DNA of 64,000 nucleotides. It comes from Chromera velia. Its lineage: Eukaryota. Numbering within the stretch: position 1 is the stretch's first letter; each line of letters opens with the position of its first letter. This document shows, piece after piece, positions 23,967-37,650 of this stretch. The translations under genes and the position numbers were made by a program. The notes below the pieces were generated by a model that saw nothing but the letters and a program-made list of their open reading frames with translations, was not told where the DNA came from and ran no database searches. The stretch spans positions 1 to 64,000 of the forward strand of contig JAHBMJ010000190.1 of the NCBI GenBank assembly GCA_018398765.1, given 5' to 3'.

Positions 23967-25230
23967 TTACCTCTTTCTCTCTCTTTCGTTCTTCAGGCGT
24001 CGTTGCCATGCTTTCCAAAAGAGAGCCCCCAGGTTGGGGGGGTTTCTCCAAGCGATCATCATGCGGAAGCGCGTTCTTTCTTGAATCTTTTCACGCAAAA
24101 GCCGGACACCTAGCTCAATCTGCTGTAGGCGTGTTGCTTTGAGAAAGAAACATCTCTCTCTGCCACTGCTCTTCTTTCTGCAGCAGTTTGAAGACGCAAG
24201 AGGGGACAAACCTGAACGAAGGATCTCGTCAGATTCCTTTCTCAGTCGGTCGATCGATCGAAGCACTTTTTCTCTCTCTCCGTCCCTGTCTGCGAAACAG
24301 ACAGACCGTGCCACGCTCATCAGAAGGACGGAGGGGTACCCTCTTACGGCAAAACATGATAGCACCATCGCTCTTTCTTTCTTAAAGTCTGCTTCGCGGG
24401 TGCAGAGACGCAACCGCCTAATGATCTCCGCCCTCACTGTTGCCAGTTTGGTACGGATACTATGCCCACTTGACCAAGCGACGTACTGGTGTCTGCTTTG
24501 CTCTTTTGTGTGCGGACGGAGAAAGAGCTCGACTTCTTTCTCATCTATTTTCTCCCCCCAAACCTCTGCGTCCAACATCACCAGCGGTTGTACAAGGAGG
24601 ATGGAAGCAATCCGAAGTTTGACGTCACCAAATGTCAAAGCAGAATCGGAATCCCTGTTTGAAAAGAAATTCGAAAAGAAGGAGTGAGCGCACTCCTCTG
24701 CCCCATCCCATTCAAAATATACATCATCAATGTAACGGAGAAATTTGAGCAACTCTGCGATGTTGACCAAAACATCTCTCTCGTATTTCAAGAAGAGAAC
24801 GAGCAATGCCACAGCACAGGCGGCGGGAGACCCCATTGGGAGTCCCTTCACTTGCTCCCACCAACTCTCCTCACCGTGCTGATTCACATATTTGAACTGA
24901 ACCTGCATAAAGATCTCAATCAATTCCCTCCATGCAGCTAATTGCTGAAACTTCACCAGCTCCTCAGGCTGGGTTTCTTTTCCAAATTCACGCAGGGGCT
25001 CGAGTCCTTCTGCAAAAAGAAAGGGTTTTGTTCTCATGAGAAAAGCAAAAAGCTGTCTGACCTCGAGCCTGCGCACGTTTGTGTATAAGCTCATAATATC
25101 GGCAGACCCAAAGATTCTGTCTTTTGGCACTCTTCTACCCTCAATTCGTGAAACCAACTCGACTGCCGAAATCAGGTTCCGACGGTAGGAAAACATGAGA
25201 GGGCGAAGGAGAAGTGTAAAAATGCGATGC
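23967..25230 (-). mobile_element. Penelope-like element reverse transcriptase, 5'-truncated, no C-terminal GIY-YIG
   Basis: Motifs DIMSLYTNV, GLPMGSP and FLRYIDDV. PLE thumb HTK...YVAWSSGH..TK.....EIIRRLRLC...F...RGYP, then NPPNLGAL and a stop. Confidence 0.9.
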
Positions 25231-25801
25231 AGACCAAAGAGGCGGGAAGCGCATAGAGGAGTATGCATACAAACTGGTTGTCATCAAGGTGTACGGGGCG
25301 GACGTCTACGACGAGTTCAAGAAGGAGTTGATGTGCTACTTAAAGAAGAAGGGCAAGATGGTCAAGGAGGCATGGATTCTGGAGAAGCTCACGAAGGTCT
25401 CCGCCGACATTGACTCCCTCTCTTGGTGGGAAATGGACGATATGATCGAGTGCACCCCAAAGAATGCCAAACTTGCTGAGATTGTGTTCAGCCAGGCCAA
25501 CGCGTCTGGCTCTGCGGAGCGAGCATGGTTTTCGTACGACCATGTCTACAAGGAGAAGCGGAACAGACTCTCCCAGGCCTATCAGGACATAGAGGTGACC
25601 TTGTACTCCAACCTGCACCTCCAGAGGCTCCATCAGAGGCAAGCGGGGGTACCGAGATCTCAGACCAGGATCTTTGCCATCGAGGCCCTGGGGCTTCCAG
25701 CGTTCGAAGACGGATACATTTTCGATAACATCCTCGATGGAGAGCTCCTCGAGGAACATTTGGCACAGTATGGGCTTCGATTCAACGAGGCCCCCATCTA
25801 A
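25230..25801 (+). mobile_element. hAT transposase C-terminal dimerisation-domain fragment
   Basis: SWW...P..AKLAEIVFSQANASGSAERAWFSYDHVYKEKRNRL matches the hAT dimerisation motif. Possible right end ...tttagcaactatg ~26079, with a 20-bp palindrome at 26036-26055. Confidence 0.85.
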
Positions 25802-26555
25802 TTGAGAAAGGAAGGGGAGAGGGGAGGGGAGGGGGGGGGAGTTGAACCTAGGGTTGAACTTTAACTGATTCAAACACATCACAGAGGTTTTTAATAATGT
25901 TAAATTAGGTTTAAATAGTGTTAAACTTAGTAAAAAACTCCTAGGAATGCCTAGAAAGCCTAACAAATTAATTTTTTTTTTTATTACTGATAAGATAGTA
26001 CATTGTACTATCGGAGTTAATGATATAGATTCGAATACAGTGGAATTCCACTGTAGTACAGTGTACTTTAGCAACTATGGGAATAATAGCGTTAGAAAAC
26101 AGCTAGATTTCTCTTTTTTTACCACCTCAGAGATCGGACAGGCAGTTCGTCAGCCTTGTTGTATTCGTGAAAGAAGCTATAGTTTGGGTCACCTTCTTTT
26201 TTTTCCGATCATAAGCAAGAAACGCTTCCGGACTTGTAGCTGTCTAGCTGTTGAGATGGCCTTTGATAAGTCATGGATGAGAGACTGACATCCATCTTGA
26301 ACGGTTGCTAGTCGTGGCCGGAAGCGGAATATCATATAGAGAGCAGGGCAGGATCATGTAGGATAGACGAAGTAAGGGCTGGGTCCCCTTCCTCTTAGCC
26401 GCAAGGGCTTTTTTTTTGTGCTTGCAAAGGTTCTAGGCGAAGGTTAGTAAGAATAAAGTTGATATGGACTGAAAGAGAACACAAAAATACAATACGTGGC
26501 ATGCCAAAGGGTTTCAGGTAGTTTCAGGCTAGAGCTAGCACGGAGAGGAAAGAAG

Positions 26556-27478
26556 GGCTAAGACAAATCTATCCTAAACAGTCTCCAACATCAAAACGGT
26601 CTCCAAAATTACCATATCTATCAAGCATTTCTAGATAGTAAACAATGATCAAAAACTTAATAAAACAAAGAGTTTTAAACGGTTTGAGAGTGCAATTAAG
26701 TGTTTTTTAAATCAAAGTTAGTGAGAAAATTATATATCAACTTCATTTGTGATAACTATATGCATTTAAATTTGAATTTATGATTTTAAGTTTTTAACTC
26801 TTTAAAATATTCTCTCCACAATAAATCTTAAGATTTCAGCAGAAAGATTGAAAACATGTGAAACATAGTGTAGAGCTTTTATGAGTATCACAATTGATGT
26901 TATTAATATATTATCATACATATATATACTGTATGCTAAACTGTATGCATGACTACAAATCATGAGCAGAACGCTTATAGCATTAGCCGTGAACTGAAGA
27001 CACTGTTTCAGCATAACACCGCAACAACCAGACAACGAAGTTGTTCGACTCAGATAACAATTTTTTTATGCCACCGAAACAATGATCAACATTTTTAAAT
27101 TGGTTTTCAGTGTACGTAGCCTGTCAGTAAAGGTTTGCGTGCATGTGGATCTGCCAGTGCGCGCACACGCGCGCGCGGACACACACACATACACACAAGC
27201 GGAACGAGCCGGGGGGAAAGGGGAAATGGGAGGATCATAAGCCGGCAGAGAAACTTTAGGCATGAAGGAGAGACTAAAAGGTAGAAGGAGAACGAGTACA
27301 TGCACCGCAGACACGTGTACACGCACATAAACGCGCACTCGGACAAGCTGGCTCACAGAAAAGCAATAACACACCTTCATTCTTTCTGAAACTTTAAAAA
27401 GTAAGCGTCATGAGCCTTAAGAAAGAAAAGGATGGAAAGACTGTGTTGCGTTGCGTGTACACCTTTTTATACTCACAC

Positions 27479-27523
<45 letters not shown>

Positions 27524-27577
27524 AATATATACACTCACTCACACTCACACTCACACTCACACTCACACTCACACTCA

Positions 27578-27643
<66 letters not shown>

Positions 27644-27666
27644 TTCACACTCACACTCATACCTAC

Positions 27667-27698
<32 letters not shown>

Positions 27699-27907
27699 AC
27701 ATACACACACACAGACACACACACACGTATGTGCATGCACACATGCACACCGAATACACGATCACACGGACTACTAGCAGTATGCTCCAGAATACAAATA
27801 CAGGCAAAAAAATGCAGTGCCAGAAGGAACACATAAACTTCCAGGACAAGGAGACAAACAGAATACACAGGTGGATATCCTTTTTCATACACTCATACTC
27901 TTTTACA

Positions 27908-27946
<39 letters not shown>

Positions 27947-30900
27947 ATATACACACACATACATACAAATACACATACACATACACACACACACATACAC
28001 ACACATACACGCTGCACCTAGCATTATATACACCTAGATACACACACGTGTAGAGACGGAGAAAGACTCAAAAATGAAATCAAAATGGTTAATAAAAAGG
28101 CAGCCTAGAGCTCCAGAGCCTGGTAGACCAAGCACAAGCCACTGACACAAAGGCCAAGCTCTGAACCCACCTTCTACAGGGGCTGTCTGGGATGGTCCCT
28201 CCACATACCTCGAAGTGGACGTAACTGCATTCATATTCAGAAGACACACATATAAAGAAGAGTCCATAGATGTATCAAGAACAGAGACAGGCAGATGGGA
28301 GAAGAATTAAAGGCTTAGAAAATGAATTCAAAAGGTTTTACAACAATCTAGCTATTTTTTTCTGCATGTGTACAGGCCGGTACAGGCAAAGAATACGAGG
28401 CGTGCAAGGTGCAACCCTGATGCCTGACCTGAGGCGGCTCATAATAGTGCAAATTAAACACAGAAAAAGAACACGTAGCATGAATCCATACAAGATGAAT
28501 GCTGTCCCGAACCCCTTTTATTCAAAAAATGTGTCTTTTCTGTGATGCGAAAGAAAAAAAAATCCTTCGTATTTTTACCGAGGGAGAATTTAGGCCTAAA
28601 TTCTCCCTCGGATGAAACGGCTCAAAGTGCTGCACATAGCTACACATTGAGAGCTGCGAGGAGAGAAAGAGAGCAGTTGACATGATTTTAAGCAAGATGA
28701 ATGCTGTCCCAAACACTTTTCATCCAAAGCACATCTTTTTTCTATGTTACGAAGGAAAAAAAAATCCTTTGCATTTTAACCGAGGGAGAATTCAGGGCTA
28801 AATTCTCCCTCGCACGATATTTCCTTGACATACCCGGAGAGGGAGAATTCAGCCCTGAATTCTCCCTCGGTGATAATAAAAAAATTTTTTTGTTGAGGGA
28901 GCAAAAAACAGATGACTTGTTTCAGTAAAAGAAGCCAGAAAAAATATTAAAAAAAAATCTCTTTCCAAAAAAAAATTTTCAGATACTCATCGAGGGAGAA
29001 ATTCAATTCAGCCCTGAATTCTTCCTCGCCAAATATATATTTTTTTCAAGTAGTCTGAGAGGGAGAGGCGGAACACAAAGTGTGGAATGGGCCTAAAAAA
29101 ATAGTGCAACCTCCACCGGCACCCTTCACAAAGCTGGGCAATCCACTTTTTATGCTCTAACTCCTCACCAAGTTCTCCTATTGACCTCTTCGAGTCTCCG
29201 GATTGTCTGTGTCCTTCCCGGCAGACACCGCCCACCCCGGCTACTTGTAATGCCGCCGGCCCCGGCCCTGCTCCCTTGTAATGCTGCTGGGCCAGGCTGG
29301 GCCCCGATCGACCCCCGGGCTGGCTTCTTTTGTCACTCACGGATGTTCATTTACTCAGCCCAAATGTCTTACCGCTCCCTCCAGCTAGCGTCTCTCTGTT
29401 TCTTCTGATTTCTCCCTGTGACACCGCCAGTCCTGGCCCCAGCCCCGGCCCCCGCCCCTCAGCGGCCCCTGTCCCCGTCCTTGCCCCCGCTTCTGTCGAT
29501 GGACGTCCCCCCGGCCCCGCCAGCGCTCTGGTCTGCTCACTTCCTTGATCCGCCCTCTCTTTCTCACTCCTTTGCCCCCCTTTCTGCTTTCTGTCTCCGC
29601 GGGGCTGGGGGCTGGTGCCGGCGCCGCACAGTCTCAAAGATAGAAAGCAGACCTGAATATATACTAATTAGGCAGATAAGCAGCACATTCAAAGGGAGAC
29701 AAACGGAAAGCAAGGACAAGCATCCTTCCCCTCCTCCCATTGCCTCTTCCCAGGTTGCCATAACTTCTTTTCTTTCTTTTTGGACCGTACCTACTGGATG
29801 CCTTTGACTGATTTTCACTGACAGGCACGGGCGCAAAACGATACGACTGATAGGGTCCGGACCGAATGAAAACAAACCACTGACCCAGAGAGACGGTCGT
29901 CACATGGAGCCCCAAGTGCTGCTCCTCAGCACGATCAAAGGAATGGAACTTGCATTCAATCACATCCTTAAGAGGTAACAAAGCCAAAAACGACGGTTCA
30001 AGGCAAACATCTGCTCAACAGTGCATCATGCACTGACTCATATAGAGAGACGGAACTGCAGACTCACCGGATTCCCATCATCCGAAGAATGGTGAAAGCA
30101 ACCCCAGCTCTTCAGCAAAGGCAAAAAGTAGTCCCAGATCCTGTGTACAACCATCAAACAAGAAAAGGATGAAGTTCCATGGGAGGGTCTGAGGTGCATC
30201 ATGCGGTATCATACTCTGACCTGATAGAACGGCTTGCAAGCATTGAGACAAACAAACTGATGAACTTACCGGAGAGCACGCGAAGGCCCCTCTGGATCCC
30301 CGAAACAGCTCAGTGGGAATCCCAAATCCTGTCTGCAGGTACATAGCAAGAAGAGACGGAAGTCTGAAAGCTTGGACAAAGGTGGACCAGTACCTGATAT
30401 GATGCAACGAGTTGTCAAGGCTAGCTAGTACACGTTTGAGAGGAGACGGAACCTCAAACTCACCAGAAGGAAAATGAAAACAGCCCCAGTTCCCCCGGTA
30501 AAGAAAGCAAGAGCTCAAGCGCGTGCATAGCGGCACGCAAAAGAAAAAAGACGTCGATCAAAGATTGAAAGTAAGACGGGCCTCTCCAAATTTACCCACC
30601 ACGCTTACTAACAGAACGAGACGGCCATGCCCGAAGAAAAGAGACGGCTGAGGTTCGTTCCAAAGTCTACTCTCCCAAAATACCGCGCAACCTGATCTGG
30701 AAACATCAGCAGTGAACACTGTCGAAGCAGATCCACAGTCCCACAATGTACAGAGATAAACATGCAGTCACCTTTGAGCTCAATGTGCATAAAGGTGTAA
30801 CCACGTCCTTCAGCTACATCTGTGTGCATCAAAAAATTGGCTTCTTTGATTTTTTTGCCACGCGCGATTTTAAGTTTGCTCCGGCATGGGCCCCGCCGCC

Positions 30901-31150
30901 GCCTTAATTATATGACAGGCGCGCAGCACGTGCGCTGATGCACGAAACATACACGCCGCGGTCAAACACAATATATTTTTTTCTCTTACTAAACCCGATT
31001 GAAAAACAGGAAATCGTACTGTTTGATCGCTTAAAACTCTTTGTTTTAAGCTTTTAAATATTGTTTACTGTCTAAAAAAGTTTGAGAGGTATGGTTGTTT
31101 TGGAGACCATTTTACTGTTGGAGACCGTTTGGGATAGATTTGTCTTGGCT
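26556..31150. mobile_element. DNA transposon-like element with ~180-bp imperfect TIRs (MULE-like?), probably non-autonomous
   Basis: Left ggctaagacaaatctatcctaaacagtctccaaca... is the reverse complement of right ...tgttggagaccgtttgggatagatttgtcttggct. No convincing TSD; no transposase recognised. Confidence 0.75.
27470..28010. repeat. Compound (CA)n/(CT)n microsatellite
   Basis: Direct reading. Confidence 0.95.
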
Positions 31151-33358
31151 AGATAGCAAGTCTCAGTTTCTTCAAGCAGGATGAAAAAAGTTTATTAAGA
31201 GAGGGGAACGAAAGAAAAATAATCAGCCGGCACAGAGAGGCAGAGATGTGAAAAAGAAGGAGAGATTGGCAGACTGGGTGCACCTTGGATACAGTGTTAG
31301 AGATGTGTTCGACGAGCTCATTAGACAGTCACCTGCAGAGTCAGTTACAAGATTTTGCTCGTAAACGGTAAACCAAAACCTGCCCTAGTTGTGTAGACCT
31401 AGCATCACACCATCACCTAGGTGTCAACTTGCCGAACGTCATGAACGCGTATGTATATTATATATATATTTACGGGTCGATAGCGACGATATACGATCAT
31501 TATCGGATCATTATGATACCTAGAATGATGCTGAGGAGGGAGAATGCTTTTATAGTATCGTTCTCTAGGCTGGAATCCTAGTATTACGCTTTGTGTCTAG
31601 ACTTTGTCTTTCTTTCTGTAATCAAAACAGAGGCAGTAACTGAGAGGCTGTCACACAGTGTTTTCTTCGCAGTGTAACAGTTAAAATTACAGTTCGTACC
31701 CTCTTAATTTTCCTAACAGTCGTCAGTCCTCTTTAATCTTGTTGACCTCTAAGCATGCTTCTATCATGCTTCTAGGCATGCTTCTCATCATCATCATCAT
31801 CATCCAAGTCATTGTGCGCGGCGTATTTGTCAGCATGAAAAGATAAAAAATCAGTTTGCATCTAGGTTTGCATGCTAAATTAATTGTTGAATTAATTTTT
31901 TTAATTGCAAAGCGACTATGTCACGTAGAGCGTACGTGCCCATCACAATATCCGTTGCCGTTCTCGATTCTGCACACGTGTTAGCATGCGTACCGCATGC
32001 ATGCTTGCATGTATGCAGAGCATTGCAGAGCTTTGACAGCTTTGGCTCAATCGGTCTACTACCGGGTTTAGCAATCGGTTGAAAAGATACATCTAAGCCT
32101 ATATTACCTACTGTATTTTTAATTTTTAAATAACTATATGAATTTTTTAACGATAATTCAATCTAGAATTCAATTTACACGGTGATACAGTTTATGTTAG
32201 ACTTCATTAAAAAAAAAATCTTGCATGCTCAAGCGACGAGGTTTATACCTTAAAGGGGGGAGGGGGGGGAGTTGTGCGTGTCATTTATTACGACACTCAA
32301 ATGAATCGGACATTCACTTTTTACATGACCCATATATTTTCATCTATTTTGATTTTATATATAAACTGTATTATGTTTATTCGATGATACATATTGAGTC
32401 GTATTATTGATCATCACAACCGTTCTTTTCTCTTTGGTATGACATCATGCAGCATGCATGATGTGCGGCCATGCAAGACGCTCAATCAACAGGGAGTGAA
32501 GGAAAATCAATCAAAGAACAGCCGCGAGGCTCACTCGAAAAGGAAAAAAAGAAAAAAAAATCGCATGGCAGAGAAGGCATGAGGGGGCACAATCTGAAGA
32601 TTTCCCCAAGTCCAGCACATTTCTGTCAACCCTTTTCAAGCTAGTCCTTCGTCCATCAATCCATCAATCAACCCATTCACCCATCTGTCCGCGTACCCAC
32701 CCGCCCCTCTGCATGCCGCCCATGCAACACACACCTGCCGTTCTTTCATGCATGCATGAATCAAGAAAGAAAGAGTGGCTGCATGGCTGTTAGTGGACGA
32801 ATTGTTCGGACGGACTAAGGGACAGACAGAGGCCGGAAAATGTATCCCTTCATTGTCTCGTTTCGCAGACGCGCTCTCGTATTGGCCCCAAATTATTCTG
32901 TCTTCCTCTTCCCTTTCACCGATCTCTCTCTCTCTCTCCCTCCCTCCCTCGCTCTCTCTCTCTCTCTGGGGGGGTGGGGGCAACTCGTTAGTCGTCTCTT
33001 GGGCCCATCACAGAAAAAGAAAACTAACGCCTGAGAGAAGCTGCATGGATGCAGTCGGAATCCTTCAGAGAGAGCACCGACAGACAGAGACACACACACA
33101 CGCAGAGAGAGCGAGGGAGAGTTTCATTCAATCAATCGACAGACAGAGAGCTCGCTGCCTTCTCTTCCTTCCTGCGTCACCGCTCTTCCTCTGTCTGTCT
33201 GTCTGTCTGTCTGTGTGCATACCCAACCCACCCGAAGGGGTCCTCCTGTCTACCATCATCCCCACCTCCATCCATCCATCCATCCATCCATCCCCGCATC
33301 TCTCAGCCGAACCTCCCCTTCCTTCACAACCACAGCAACGCTCGAACGAAACCAGTGA

Positions 33359-33393
<35 letters not shown>

Positions 33394-33439
33394 TGCAACT
33401 GTCCTTCCTTCCTCACTCCCCTCCTTAATTCCTTCTTGG

Positions 33440-34901
33440 TCACCCCATCCGATCGAAAATCGACACGCGGCCCTGGGGGCCCTGGCTCCTCATGTTCGAC
33501 CCCGCCGCCGCCTCATCCCCCCGGGCCCTCAGGACCACACCCCCGCCGCCACCCCCCCGACTGGCCCCGTTCGGAACCAACCGCACCCCCCCCCCAATCC
33601 CAGAGCTCCCCCTTCTCGACCCCCCGTCCCCCACCCCGTCCCCCATACCCTCATCTGTCTCCATCGCTTCCCCATCTACTTGGGGGACATGACGCGCGTT
33701 GCGGATCTCCGCCTCTGCATGCGTGGGGGGCAACAGAAGAGAGAGAAGAGAGAGACAGACGAACAGACAGACAGACCGACAGAGGGATTGAGGGAGGGAT
33801 CTGTACTTACATGCAGGGAAAAAAGAATTAATTGTACTTATTTCTCTCTCGGGAATTCAGAGGGGGGAAATGAAGATGCTCCTCTTGCGAAAAAAGGAAA
33901 AAAGGAATATTCATCTCCCCCAAACCCTCTAAAGGCAATGCATTAATGAAGCTATGCGGCACGGACATTGTGTGGAGGAAATGAAAGAGAGGGGGGAGGA
34001 GGAGGAGGAGGAGAAGAAGAAGAAGAAGAAGTACGGGAGGGAGTTGCGTGCGTCATGCAAGAGTGGCTTGCTTCCTCGGTTCTCTTTTCTTTTCAGACAG
34101 TCAAAAACTAGAAAGAAGAAAAATGACAGAGAAGGACAACTCAATCGAAGCACACCCGTCGCCCTTCCTCCCTCACTGACACCACACATAGCTATGTTCA
34201 TCATTTGTACACAAAAACAAAAACAGAGCTAGTCCGATCTGATCGATCCATTGGATTATGTCGGCCATTCATCCATCCTGACCGCGCGAAGAGACCGATT
34301 GACGCACGCAAGGATGAGTCCTTGCGTGCGTCAATCGGGCCATTCATCCATCCTGACCGACCGCCCGAAGAGACCGACCGACCGATTTGTCTCTCCTTTT
34401 CCTCCTGCTCTGCCGATCCCCCTCCGTCCCTGCTCGCGTTGGTTTCCTCCACCACTGCCACCTTGATAGGCTGTCCGTTCACCCTGCTGCCGTGCAGCTT
34501 CTGCTGGGCAGCGAATGCCGCGTCCTTCCGGAGAAAGGAGACGGTCGCCGTGTGGAGGGCAGACGTTGTATCCAGCTGCAGCCATACAGCTCTCACATAC
34601 GGTATGCGTGCGTCAGGAAGTACGCAAATGCGGATGGATGGATTTGCACACGTACCTGAAGAAGGAATCTGCGGGGCGGTCTGGACGAAAGCCCTGCAGG
34701 CCCTGGGTGGAACTTTCAGACTCGGCTTTCTTTCCTTTTTTCCCCCTCAGCTGAGCGGAGGGGGTACTTTCTTTTCTCCTCTACAGACATGATGCGTAAA
34801 TCAATTCTTGTGGACATCGATGGAGGAGAAAACGAATGAATGAATGAATGAAAGAAAGAAAGAAAGAAAGGAAGGAAGGAAGGAAGGAAGGAAAGAAAGA
34901 A

Positions 34902-34933
<32 letters not shown>

Positions 34934-36127
34934 ATGAATGAATGAATGAATGAATGAATGAGTGAATGAATGCTTTGATGAAGTGCGTCCGCACACACTT
35001 GCACTCATGCAGACTCATATTGATTGGCACGTACGTACCTTGACAGAAGCGACCTGCCCCGCTCTCTTGAAGAGCGCCTGCAACTGGCTGGCCGTGGCTG
35101 TGGGCGGCAGGTTCCGCACGAAGACCTCGTAAGTCTTCACGGGGCCGTCGAACAAGTCGTGCTGCCAGGCCTCCACTTCCTCCTTAGACCGCAGACGGGC
35201 AGCACCCTGATAAGCGGATACATACATACATACATAAACATGTCGTGCTGCCAGGCCTCCACTTCCTCCTTAGACCGCCGACGCGCAGCACCCTGGGGAG
35301 GGGAGGGGAGCGGAGGGGAGAGGCCAGTCAGCAGAGAATTCAGCGGATGGATGGATGGATGCACATTCATACGTACCCACACATGAAGATGCACATTCAC
35401 AAGCGAGTGCATCGACAGTCGCTACCTCTGTAGAAGAAAGATCGAAGAGGGAAGCAGGAGGAACGGGATGATAGACAGAGGAAGACAGATCGAAGAGGGA
35501 AGCAGGAGGAACGGGATGACAGACAGAGGAAGACAGCAGAGACGAGAAAAGGGGTGACGGGGAGACTGAGACAGACCGGCAGAGACAGACTGTGTATGTT
35601 TCTTTTCCCTTCCCTTCTTCGCGTTCCCTTCTTCGCGTTCCTTCTCAGAGACAGAAGTCGCAGAGAGCATGAGAAAGGGCCCCACAGTCAAAGAGCGCGT
35701 GCACGGTTTAAGCGATGACTCATGGAGATACTAAGGAAAAACGAAGCACTGGAGACCACCCTGAACGCGGACAAAAGAAGTGATGAGAATGAAAAAGACA
35801 GACTGACTGACTGACCCCGTACGGCTCCGCCCTCATCCCCCCCCTCCCCATGCTCCTCATGGCTCCTCCTGATCCAGCCGGAGTCAGTTTCACGTTCCTG
35901 GTCGCGTGTTGGGGGGGGTTCTCCATCCGATCGAAAATGCTTCGTCTCCCTCCCGTTGCCGCTACTGCTGCTGCCTCTGCTTGGTGTCCTCTCGGGCTAT
36001 CGTCATCGATCGAGATCGGATTCCTCCTTCCGTGCTGGGAGGTCACATTCGCCAGGGCACTGCCGAAAATGCGCGAGGAAGGACGGATGTTCTTCTCGCC
36101 GATAACTTCCACGTCCTCCATACTCAT
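33440..36127 (-). CDS. ALY/REF (THOC4)-like RRM RNA-binding protein, 4 exons (36127-35816, 35206-35039, 34575-34383, 33714-33440), ~315 aa
   Basis: Exon phases are consistent with GT-AG introns. R.EPY...WQHDLF directly precedes an RRM (VFVRNLPP...TATVSF...LHGSRVNGQPIKV), the ALY/REF arrangement; Gly/Arg-rich flanks. Confidence 0.8.
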
Positions 36128-36359
36128 CTTGTCGATCGACTCACTTTTCAAACGATCAACAATTAACAGAGACGTACTGACAACGGGGAGCCTGTTGCCT
36201 CTTTTTCTGCACAAGTAAAAAGGCACGAAGAAGGACGTCAGCTGTCACAGTTCTTTGTCCTCTTTAGAACGAACCATGGTATGTATGAAGACCCCGAACC
36301 GGGAAGGAACACTCAACACAAGCTTTCTCTTCTTAGAACTTTGCCGTCTGCCAAAATAT

Positions 36360-36495
36360 TTAGCCCGCGGGTCGCGGGCCATGTCGCGCGCGCGGCCGGC
36401 CCGGCCGGGCTCGATCAGTGAGGCGGCAAGATGCCTCAATTAAGCCATGTTGGCATGCAAAACATGCACGTACATGCATGCATGCATGCAAATGG
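36360..36495. promoter_or_regulatory. Putative promoter: CG-rich patch plus clustered TGCATGCA motifs
   Basis: About 250 bp upstream of the RRM gene ATG, between divergent genes. TGCATGCA is a known ApiAP2-bound motif in apicomplexans. Confidence 0.4.
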
Positions 36496-37169
36496 AAGTT
36501 GCTTCTCCTGCCTGAGCAGTTCGTTACATGTGTTTGGGGTTCTCGTAGGGTGGCCCTATCTGTGTATCTAGCCTTTCGATCCTCCGGTAGACGGGAAGCA
36601 GAGAGATCCCTTGAGGGTCACTCAGTCACGGCCAATTCGAATCATCGAGCCACACTGCATTCCTCCACTCGTACATGCCCTGGCACGCACGAAGAGCCCG
36701 AAGGACGGTGAAAGAGATCGAGGGACAATCCAACGCAAGCCATACAGCCACACGGATTTCTCAAGGTGCTGGAGTTGAAGAGATAGACGGGTCTGGGATC
36801 GCACGGAGGATTCACGCGAACGCATTTAGACTCGTCCAAAGAAGAAAAGCGCCACCGCAAACTCCGAAGAACCAATGACTTCAGGAGTATCCTCTCTTCG
36901 AGGCTTTGTGCCCCGCCTCTTGAGAGCTCTTCTGGCCTCTCTCTGGATCCAGACGATCGTCAGACAGGAACAGGTCCGCACATGCACTCTCTTAATTCCC
37001 CCTGAGCACATGCACCCTCACGCACATGTGTATAGTGAAGAGCGCATGCGAATTCACCGAGCCACTAACTCACTGTCGACCGATCCTCCATACAATTAAG
37101 TGGATGCTTCCAAGGCTGATGGTGACCTGCCCCTGACTGATCTGATTAGACAGTAGCCTGCGCGTTGGT

Positions 37170-37650
37170 CGGCTGACTGACTGACTGACTGACTGACTGA
37201 CTGACTGAGCGAGTGACTGACTGACTGACTGACAGATTGACTGACTGACTGACTGAGTGACTGACGGTCTGAGTGACTGAGTGACTGAGCAACTGACTGA
37301 GTGACTGACTGAGCGACTGACTGACCCAATAACTGACTGACTCACTGAATCACTGACTGACTGAGTGACTGACTGACTGACTGACTGACTAACAGATTGA
37401 CTGACTGACTGACTGATTGACTGACAGATTGACTGACTGACTGACTGACTGACTGACTCACTGACTCACTGACTCACTGACTCACTGACTCACTGACTCA
37501 CTGACTGACCGACTGACTGATTCACTGACTGACTAACAGATTGATTGACTTACTGACTGACTGTCTAGGTTAGTGACTGATTGAATGATAGACAGACTGA
37601 CTGACTGAGCAACTGACTGAGTGACTGACTGTCCAACTGACTGACAAAAC
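37170..37650. repeat. (GACT)n microsatellite
   Basis: Direct reading. Confidence 0.95.

Noticed and set aside
26100..26155. Other CTGANGA heptamers (also ~1469, ~30256, ~31719) as hammerheads
   Set aside because: None has a properly placed stem II, GAAA and NUH with flanking stems.
27410..28053. His/Thr- or Cys/Val-rich ORFs (also 59306-60325)
   Set aside because: Translations of (CA)n/(GT)n microsatellites.
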